DNA of 33,939 bases from NCBI GenBank assembly GCA_028717405.1, contig JAQUNY010000002.1:1-33939 (forward strand), read 5' to 3'. Below, one piece after another: positions 1 through 6,562 of this stretch; position 1 is the first letter of the stretch, and the number at the start of each line of letters is the position of its first letter. The notes beneath the pieces were generated by a model. The model saw nothing but the letters and a program-made list of their open reading frames with translations, searched no databases and had not been told where the DNA came from. The position numbers and the translations under genes were made by a program. Source of the DNA: Eubacteriales bacterium (lineage in GTDB: Bacteria; Bacillota; Clostridia; JAQUNY01).

Positions 1-1091
1 GCGGTTGTTCCAGATGTCTGCCCGGCAGCCGCAGTACCTCCCGCAGGAGCAGTCTGCCCGGAAGGAGAAACATAGGCGGTCGCCGTTCCTCCTGATCCCT
101 CTCCTTCACCATCGTCATCCTTCAGCATATTGTATGTAACTCCTATTATTGCCGCCAGTATCACTACAGTAAGCGCAGCTACAATAAATGTTCTAATGTT
201 TTCCTGTTTCTTTTCATACGAGTCCGCCGTTCTATCGGACCATTTTGATGCCGCCACTGCGCTGCCTCCTTCATCTGCTATCGTCTCTTCAAAAATTTTT
301 GTGACCTTTGCCGTAAGTATCGTTACATCAATGTCGGGATTAGCTTCGGCTATTTCCTTTGTGATTTTCTCGGTGATAATATTTACCTCGGCACCCGAGA
401 GCAGGATATCCGTTATAGTCTCCTCATCTATCAGGTCTTCAAGCCTCCCGCTGCTTAAAACAAATATGTCGTTCGAATTCAGCTCCACTGCTTCCGAAAC
501 CTGCGCGCCCATTATACTTTCATGGAGAGAGGCCCCTCCGCCCTGGGCTATCACCTTTGCCTGGTCTTCATTGATGATCCCCATTTTGAGAAGCTTATCA
601 GGCTTCTCCTTGTCAAGTATCAGCCTCCTGAGTCTGGCATTCCTGAAAATATACACATTTGTGTCGCCAATGCTTATCGCGGCAGCCTTTGTCTTATTTA
701 CAACCAGTCCGGAAAATGCAGTTTCATTTCTCCTGTTGTCCTTATTGTTCAATGAAATACTGTAGACAAGGCTGTTGGTTTCTTCAATTTTTTGACAGAG
801 GTCGTTCAGCCTTGCCCCAATATCTCCTCTGCCTTCCTTTATCCTCTCCTGGAACCTTGTCAGTTCACCGGTTATTGAAATTTTCGTATTGTCCTGAAGA
901 TCCTCAATGCTCATCGCATTGCTTACGGCAAATATGAAATCGGCAGATGAATTTTCAGCAAATGCTCTTGAATTATCAATACCCTGCTCACTTACATACT
1001 TACCGTTCAGATAATAATCGTTATAATTCTGGTCTTTGCTCATACCCTTTCTGGATGTTACAGCCGCTGATATTTTTACAACATTACCCAT
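1..1091 (-). CDS. PP2C-like (PrpC/SpoIIE-fold) membrane-anchored protein with degenerate catalytic motifs; 3' end lies outside the window
   Basis: Absent from the ORF track because there is no stop in the window. My own reverse translation from ATG (plus-strand cat 1089-1091; SD AGAGGAG about 7 nt upstream) is open to position 1. It reads MGNVVKISAAVTSRKGMSKDQNYND..FIFAVSNAMS..AAISIGDTNVYIFRNARL..NDIFVLSSGRLEDLIDEETI..DIDVTILTAKV. A TM helix (FIVAALTVVILAAIIGV) and a G/T/A-rich tail follow. Motif order matches PP2C phosphatases. Confidence 0.55.
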   Translation of the reverse strand, partial: MGNVVKISAAVTSRKGMSKDQNYNDYYLNGKYVSEQGIDNSRAFAENSSADFIFAVSNAMSIEDLQDNTKISITGELTRFQERIKEGRGDIGARLNDLCQKIEETNSLVYSISLNNKDNRRNETAFSGLVVNKTKAAAISIGDTNVYIFRNARLRRLILDKEKPDKLLKMGIINEDQAKVIAQGGGASLHESIMGAQVSEAVELNSNDIFVLSSGRLEDLIDEETITDILLSGAEVNIITEKITKEIAEANPDIDVTILTAKVTKIFEETIADEGGSAVAASKWSDRTADSYEKKQENIRTFIVAALTVVILAAIIGVTYNMLKDDDGEGEGSGGTATAYVSPSGQTAPAGGTAAAGQTSGTT

Positions 1092-1177
1092 AGTGAAGCT
1101 CCTCTTTTCAATATCATCTGGTCTGCGCCCCGCCGGAACGCAGACAGGCCTGAACAAAATACAGGTATAACAGTTAT

Positions 1178-1206
1178 ATAATAGCACAACAAAATTAACT
1201 ATTCAA
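1178..1206 (-). promoter_or_regulatory. Candidate sigma-A promoter for the PP2C-like gene
   Basis: The minus strand reads TTGAAT-N17-TATTAT (plus-strand attcaa 1201-1206, ataata 1178-1183). The predicted leader contains a 7-bp stem, gtctgcg/cgcagac, at 1121-1145. Confidence 0.4.
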
Positions 1207-1250
1207 GGAAGTTGAAGCTGCTGCCTCAGGCTATGGCAAAGGCGTCGGCA

Positions 1251-3689
1251 TTACCTGATCTTTATTACCGTAACTCCGGCATCGCCCTCACCTATCGCGC
1301 CAAGCCTGTAGGAAGAAATTCCGGTGTTTTTACTCAAATACCTGTGGATCCCTGCCCTCAGAGCGCCGGTACCCTTGCCGTGTATTACAAACACCTCCCT
1401 GAGTCCGGCCAGGGACGAGCTGTCGATATGCCTGTCGATCAGCTCAACGGCTTCATCCACGGTAAGCCCTCTTACATCAAGCTCAAGCGGGACAGCTCTC
1501 GTCTCAGCCCCGGACAATCCTGTCCCCGCAGGGGCTTTTTTCACGTTTGCCGCGTCATGGCCATATCCGTCGCGCCCGTTTCCTTTCCCGGTTTCACTGA
1601 CATGCCTAAGACTTGCAACAGGAACGCTGATTTTCATTATTCCTGCCTGAACAGGGATCTGTCCGTTCTTGTCCGCCTCCCCCAGCACCGTCCCCTTTTT
1701 TCCTATATCTTTTATAAATACTGTCTCCCCCGGCATATAGTTACCGTTATAATCTTCATCTTCCTCGTATCCATCGGGCCCCGCTTGATTCCCCTCCCAC
1801 AGGTATGCTTTTGTTTCCGTTATTTTTGACCTCAGCCGCTGTTTGAGTTCCTGAGCGGCATGTGCGATATTCTGCTGTTCTTTATCTCTTTCAAGCTTTT
1901 TTAATCCTGCTATTATAAATTCGGCTTCCCTTCTTGCCTCCGCCAAAATCCTTCCGGCCTTCGCAGCCGATTCCCGCAGTTTTTCCTGAGCACGCTGCTC
2001 AGTTTCCCGGTTTTTTTCATGCAGGCCTTCCTTGAGTGCTGCAATTTCAGCTTTCATATCTCTTATACTGAGCCTGTCATTTTCAGCTTCCTGCCTTTTT
2101 TTCTCAATAGAAGCCAGCATATCTTCAAATCTGATATCTTCATGCGTAAGAAATTCTTTTGCTTTTCCGATTATAAAAGGGTCCAGCCCCAGCCTTTCGG
2201 ATATCGCAAACGCGTTGCTCCTCCCCGGTATTCCCGTCAGGAGCTTATATAGAGGCCTGAGCGTTTTTACGTCAAATTCGCAGCAGGCGTTTTCCACTCC
2301 TTCTGTTACGGCAGCATAAACCTTTATTTCACTGTAATGAGTGGTCGCGGCAGTTACAGCGCCTGACAGCTTCAGATGCTCAAGTATAGCCATTGCAAGC
2401 GCTGCTCCCTCAGTCGGGTCTGTCCCCGCCCCAAGCTCGTCGAGCATTACAAGCGATCCACTGCCTGCTTTGGCAAGGATCTCCACAATATTTTTCATAT
2501 GGGACGAGAAGGTACTCAGGCTTTGTTCAATGCTTTGTTCATCTCCGATGTCAGCCAAAACTTCATTAAACACCGCTGATGATGTACCCTCGTCAGCCGG
2601 GAGATGGAGGCCGGCGGCCGACATGAGTGCGAAAAGTCCCAGCGTCTTCAGCGCGACAGTCTTCCCTCCGGTATTGGGACCTGTGATCACAAGAGTCCTG
2701 AAGCTCTTCCCGGCCGAGATGTCGACGGGGACTACCTTATCCTTATCTATCCCCGGATGTCTGCCGTTTTTTATTTCGATAAATCCCTCTTCATTGATAG
2801 AAGGACATGTACATTTATAATCAAGACTCAGCTTTGCCTTTGCAAAAATAAAATCAAGTTCGCCCAGTATTTCAATATCAACATCCAGCCGGTCTGCAAA
2901 TTCTGCCACATCCTGTGTGAGCTCAGCAAGGATCTTTTCGATTTCCAGGCGTTCTTTGACTGTGAGTTCCCTTATGTCATTGTTTGCCTCGACTACGGCC
3001 ATTGGCTCAATAAATACCGTTGCCCCGCTTGAAGACATGTCATGCACAACTCCCGGTATTTCATTCCTGAACTCGACCTTTACCGGTATCACATATCTGC
3101 CTCCCCTTACGGTGACAATCGATTCCTGTATATGTTTCTGATGCCCCGGCGACCTGATTACATCGCCCAGCCTGTCTCTGATATCATTCTGGCGGTCCCT
3201 TATCTTTCTTCTGATATCCCTCAGCGCAGGACTTGCGGTGTCAGCTATCTCCTCCTCGCTAAGTATGGCATCTTTTATATTCGTCTCCAAGCCTGCATTT
3301 GATGCAAGTCCGGAAAGCAGCGAATCAACATGGTCCGGCTGCCGTTCATCTGCATTATCTCCGGCAACCGTGTTCTTCAAAGTCCTGCATACATTTAATA
3401 CCGCGGATATCCTGAGCAGCTCTCCGGGCGTGAGTGAAGAACCCAGGCGGGCTCTTGCGGTCTCGCTCCTTATGTCATGCAGTCCCCTCAGAGACGGCGC
3501 TCCCCGTTTTAGAATAAACCTGACTCCGTCGCTTGTACACTCCAGCCTTTGACTTGCGGTTCCTGCATCTCCTGCCGGCATCAATTCCAGCGCCTTGTTT
3601 CTGCCCATATCTGAGGATGTCAGATCCGCAAGCTTCATGATGATTTTGTCATATTCAAGTAGTTTCAGGCTTTTATCGTTGATATCCAT
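1251..3689 (-). CDS. mutS2: Endonuclease MutS2 (MutS domain V ATPase plus C-terminal Smr domain)
   Basis: 812 aa. Walker A is ITGPNTGGKTVALKT, followed by DELGAGTDP. A long coiled-coil region follows, then a C-terminal Smr-like LDVRGLTVDEAVELIDRHI..VIHGKGTGALRAGIHRYL. Confidence 0.95.
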   Translation of the reverse strand: MDINDKSLKLLEYDKIIMKLADLTSSDMGRNKALELMPAGDAGTASQRLECTSDGVRFILKRGAPSLRGLHDIRSETARARLGSSLTPGELLRISAVLNVCRTLKNTVAGDNADERQPDHVDSLLSGLASNAGLETNIKDAILSEEEIADTASPALRDIRRKIRDRQNDIRDRLGDVIRSPGHQKHIQESIVTVRGGRYVIPVKVEFRNEIPGVVHDMSSSGATVFIEPMAVVEANNDIRELTVKERLEIEKILAELTQDVAEFADRLDVDIEILGELDFIFAKAKLSLDYKCTCPSINEEGFIEIKNGRHPGIDKDKVVPVDISAGKSFRTLVITGPNTGGKTVALKTLGLFALMSAAGLHLPADEGTSSAVFNEVLADIGDEQSIEQSLSTFSSHMKNIVEILAKAGSGSLVMLDELGAGTDPTEGAALAMAILEHLKLSGAVTAATTHYSEIKVYAAVTEGVENACCEFDVKTLRPLYKLLTGIPGRSNAFAISERLGLDPFIIGKAKEFLTHEDIRFEDMLASIEKKRQEAENDRLSIRDMKAEIAALKEGLHEKNRETEQRAQEKLRESAAKAGRILAEARREAEFIIAGLKKLERDKEQQNIAHAAQELKQRLRSKITETKAYLWEGNQAGPDGYEEDEDYNGNYMPGETVFIKDIGKKGTVLGEADKNGQIPVQAGIMKISVPVASLRHVSETGKGNGRDGYGHDAANVKKAPAGTGLSGAETRAVPLELDVRGLTVDEAVELIDRHIDSSSLAGLREVFVIHGKGTGALRAGIHRYLSKNTGISSYRLGAIGEGDAGVTVIKIR

Positions 3690-4129
3690 CCCCGATCTCC
3701 GGCTATTGCCCCGACCATTCCTATGGCGCTGTCTATATGGGACTGGAGCTGATCATCCTTTACTCCAGCAATGTTAATACCGCATTTTCCAACCGGTATA
3801 AGCACCTTCTGCGCACAGCAGCCTGCAATTGCGGACGCCATGGCTGGCGACAGCTCCCCAAGCATTGAATTGGCGGCAATTATCCCGATCACGCCTATTA
3901 TGATGTCTGCCTTTGGAGCATTAAATACAACGGCGTTTTCTCCGGTAGCCCCTTCATCAGCTCCGGCTTTCAGCATAGCGGCAGTGGCAGCTGAATTAGT
4001 CCCGATCGCTCTTATCAGCATACTGCTGCCATAGCTGCTTCTCAGTTTCTCGACCAATGTTCTCCCAATTCCTCCACCCTGGCCGTCTATTACGGCAATT
4101 ACAGGTTTTTTTCCGTTTTTTTCAGGCAT
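3665..4129 (-). CDS. DUF3842-like small protein
   Basis: 154 aa. The N-terminal VIAVIDGQGGGIGRTLVEKL, then GTNSAATAAMLKAGADEGATGENA, fit my memory of the DUF3842 family. It overlaps pgsA by 8 nt and mutS2 by 25 nt, which suggests an operon. Confidence 0.65.
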   Translation of the reverse strand: MPEKNGKKPVIAVIDGQGGGIGRTLVEKLRSSYGSSMLIRAIGTNSAATAAMLKAGADEGATGENAVVFNAPKADIIIGVIGIIAANSMLGELSPAMASAIAGCCAQKVLIPVGKCGINIAGVKDDQLQSHIDSAIGMVGAIAGDRGWISTIKA

Positions 4130-4646
4130 TTTGCCTCCTGTTTGTATCTCTGATATGCCTGAATCTCTTCAGGTACATTGCAAATGCGAAAAGCGCTGCC
4201 GCAAGCGCTGCAAATATATATACCTGTGCATATGGCGCATCGATCAGCAGCATTATTACAGCAAATTGGAATATAACGGTCGCCAGCTTCCCATACCAGC
4301 TTGAAGAAGCAACGAAATTTTCCTTTTTCAAAAGGAATATACCGCCTATGATCATTAAAAATTCTTTTACAGCAAATATCCCCAGTATCAGGGCCGGTAT
4401 CCTGTCGCGTATCGTAAGCAGCACCAGCGCGCTGATCTGCATCATCTTGTCTGCCAGCGGATCCGCAAGCTTCCCCCATGAAGTCACCATTCCGTATTTT
4501 CGTGCGATATACCCATCAAGTATATCTGTGAAACTTGCCGTTAGAAATACTGCCACAGCAATCAGGTAGTTTTCCTTAAGAAAGAAATACCCGAAGACCG
4601 GGACTAAAAGAAATCTCAGCAATGTCAGCATGTTTGGTATGTTCAA
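4122..4646 (-). CDS. pgsA: CDP-diacylglycerol--glycerol-3-phosphate 3-phosphatidyltransferase
   Basis: 174 aa. It has the CDP-alcohol phosphatidyltransferase motif DILDGYIARKYGMVTSWGKLADPLADK and a multi-TM profile. The start codon is TTG; MNIPNMLTLLRF is a typical PgsA N-terminus. Confidence 0.9.
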   Translation of the reverse strand: MNIPNMLTLLRFLLVPVFGYFFLKENYLIAVAVFLTASFTDILDGYIARKYGMVTSWGKLADPLADKMMQISALVLLTIRDRIPALILGIFAVKEFLMIIGGIFLLKKENFVASSSWYGKLATVIFQFAVIMLLIDAPYAQVYIFAALAAALFAFAMYLKRFRHIRDTNRRQNA

Positions 4647-4738
4647 ATCTGCACCTGCCTAAGCTAAAGCGGCTCCAAACCGCGATGTTTTTCCGGTCCT
4701 TTATATGACCGCTGTTTAATCCTTATATCTTTATTTTA

Positions 4739-5743
4739 CTAAAGAGCCAGAATTTTGCCAATGCTTATAAGCTTTAAATCCATTTCTTTTTTTATTTCCA
4801 TGGCTTCTTTGATATCTATATCCGTGATTTTACCGGCCGTCATCGCAACCAGCCTGTTTACACGTCCCTCTTTAAGCAGCTCAACGGCCCTTACCCCCAT
4901 CAGACTTGCCGTGACTCTGTCACGTACTGTAGGGCTGCCTCCGCGCTGGATATGTCCAAGTATTGTCGCCCTTGACTCTATTCCGGTTTTCTTCTCTATA
5001 ATGTCAGAAATTTCCACGGCGCTGCCTCCTCCTTCAGCAACGATGACAACATAATGCCTTTTCCCCCTGTTCCTGCACTCGATCAAAGGTTTGATGACAT
5101 CTGTTTCTATATCCGCCTTATATTCGGGAAGTACGACCACCTCCGCTCCTCCCGATATCCCTACGCTGATTGCAATATGCCCGGCATGCCGCCCCATTAC
5201 CTCCAGAACACTGCATCTTTCGTGGGAATAGGCAGTGTCCCTGATTTTGTCGATGGCATCCTGTACTGTGTTGAGAGCTGTGTCGAACCCTATTGTATAT
5301 TCAGTGCATCCAATATCATTGTCAATCGTCCCGGGTATCCCTACCACAGGCATCCCGAGTTTTGAAAGATCCATAGCCCCTCTGAAGGTCCCGTCGCCCC
5401 CTATCACAACCAGCACCTCTATCCCGAATATTTTCACCATCGACATGGCCTTTTCAAGACCCTCCTCAGTCTTAAACAGAGGGCTTCTTGCAGTCTGAAG
5501 TATGGTACCTCCCCTGTGGATAATGTCAGAAACCGAACGCAGGGTCATTTCAGTTACATCACCATATATAAGTCCGTTGTATCCTTTCCTTATTCCCATG
5601 ACCCTGAATCCGTGAAAGATCCCGGCTCTTACAACTGCGCGGATGGCCGCGTTCATACCCGGTGCATCTCCGCCGCTGGTAAGCACGCCTATCGTTTTAA
5701 AAGCATTACTTTCATACTTGATATCTTTCCCGACCAATGACAT
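4739..5743 (-). CDS. pfkA: ATP-dependent 6-phosphofructokinase
   Basis: Contains IGVLTSGGDAPGMNAAIRAVVR, GGDGT, IPGTIDND and MGRHAGHIA. I trimmed the track ORF (ending at 5845) to the ATG at 5741-5743, which is preceded by GGAGG. The extension would run through a terminator. Confidence 0.95.
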   Translation of the reverse strand: MSLVGKDIKYESNAFKTIGVLTSGGDAPGMNAAIRAVVRAGIFHGFRVMGIRKGYNGLIYGDVTEMTLRSVSDIIHRGGTILQTARSPLFKTEEGLEKAMSMVKIFGIEVLVVIGGDGTFRGAMDLSKLGMPVVGIPGTIDNDIGCTEYTIGFDTALNTVQDAIDKIRDTAYSHERCSVLEVMGRHAGHIAISVGISGGAEVVVLPEYKADIETDVIKPLIECRNRGKRHYVVIVAEGGGSAVEISDIIEKKTGIESRATILGHIQRGGSPTVRDRVTASLMGVRAVELLKEGRVNRLVAMTAGKITDIDIKEAMEIKKEMDLKLISIGKILAL

Positions 5744-5786
5744 GACATACCTCCTTTGATATATCCGGCATCCCGGTATTTTTCTC

Positions 5787-5813
5787 AAAAAAATGCCGGT
5801 TTTTATTCCGGCA
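5787..5813 (-). terminator. Rho-independent terminator after the mtrB/orf102 unit
   Basis: The minus-strand RNA is UGCCGG-AAUAAAAA-CCGGCA followed by U7. That is a 6-bp GC stem, an 8-nt loop and a U tract. Confidence 0.6.
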
Positions 5814-5854
5814 CGGCATGATTTAACGACACAATATACTGACAACCAGTGCTG

Positions 5855-6163
5855 TCAATATCCCTTCTCAATTATTACCCCGTGAGCTTCATCTATCTCT
5901 GCGTACGGCACCAGCACTTCATAGTACTCGGTATGCGCCTCTGTTGCAGCGTCTGCGGCATCCTTCTCTTCCGCCGAAGGCACAGAGCTGCTGTTGTCAG
6001 TCAGGTTGCCGTCTTTATTGCCATCCGCCTTCTCTGAACTGTTCACGCCTGCAGGTCTGAGCCTGACAAGCATGTTTCTCTTTTTAAGCAAATCCTGAAG
6101 CTCCAGGGCCGCTTCTCTTGTCTGGGCCATATACACTACTGTCCACATAATGTTTTCTCCCAT
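5855..6163 (-). CDS. Hypothetical 102-aa protein, possibly a DUF2007-like beta-alpha fold split by an acidic/Ser-rich linker
   Basis: ATG preceded by GGAGGG at 9-nt spacing, only 18 nt after the mtrB stop. The ends look ordered (WTVVYMAQTREAALELQDLLKKRNMLVRLRP and YYEVLVPYAEIDEAHGVII). The middle is low-complexity (SSEKADGNKDGNLTDNSSSVPSAEEKDAADAATE). Confidence 0.55.
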   Translation of the reverse strand: MGENIMWTVVYMAQTREAALELQDLLKKRNMLVRLRPAGVNSSEKADGNKDGNLTDNSSSVPSAEEKDAADAATEAHTEYYEVLVPYAEIDEAHGVIIEKGY

Positions 6164-6181
6164 GATCTGAATCCCTCCAGA

Positions 6182-6415
6182 TCAGTTCCCGGAAATCACC
6201 TCTCCATAGGCACTGTAAATTTTGGCTTTCCCTCTGATCTTTATGGCGGAAGTCACGGCTGTGAACTGGGCTATAAGTACTTCGCCCCTGTCAAGTTTTT
6301 CAGTATGGTGGAACTTTGTGTCCTTGCCTCTTGTCATTCCAATTATTGTGACACCATTCTCCTCTGCCTTTATCACGATATAGCTGCCGAGAATATTATC
6401 ATTTTCCGGTTCCAT
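6182..6415 (-). CDS. mtrB: trp RNA-binding attenuation protein (TRAP)
   Basis: 77 aa. [54 protein letters not shown] is near-collinear with B. subtilis MtrB as I remember it: [63 protein letters not shown] lies upstream. Confidence 0.85.
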   Translation of the reverse strand: MEPENDNILGSYIVIKAEENGVTIIGMTRGKDTKFHHTEKLDRGEVLIAQFTAVTSAIKIRGKAKIYSAYGEVISGN

Positions 6416-6464
6416 TATTTTCTCTCCTCCGGCACAAGACCGCCCTGACCCGTTTTTCTTCGCA

Positions 6465-6502
6465 TGTCAGGCTTTGATGCCGCCTTCGGAGCATGCCTGA
6501 CA
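6465..6502 (-). promoter_or_regulatory. Stem-loop in the mtrB 5' leader
   Basis: The minus strand reads tgtcaggc-atgc..gcat-caaa-gcctgaca. An 8-bp outer stem plus a 4-bp inner stem sits just downstream of the predicted promoter. Confidence 0.4.
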
Positions 6503-6509
6503 CAGTGTT

Positions 6510-6538
6510 ATAATATATGATTCAAATTTAAAAATCAA
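6510..6538 (-). promoter_or_regulatory. Candidate sigma-A promoter for mtrB-orf102
   Basis: The minus strand reads TTGATT-N17-TATTAT, in the 147-nt gap after the dnaE stop. Confidence 0.35.
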
Positions 6539-6562
6539 CCTGGCTACACTTTCTGCGCCCTT

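Noticed and set aside
130-765. Long plus-strand ORFs (211 aa, 77 aa, 92 aa and others) across 1-14261, and similar opposite-strand or alternate-frame ORFs inside every large gene.
   Set aside because: They are Ser/Ile/Leu-rich with no motifs and no SD. They lie antisense or out of frame to genes with unmistakable family signatures, so they are shadow ORFs.
5744-5845. N-terminal extensions in the ORF track for pfkA (to 5845), dnaE (to 10441), the small membrane protein (to 20869), the dehydratase (to 30570), the Gfo/Idh/MocA gene (from 31460) and the NagB-like gene (from 32814).
   Set aside because: In each case an internal ATG with a GGAG-type SD matches the normal family N-terminus. The extension runs through a terminator, a neighbouring gene or a promoter region.
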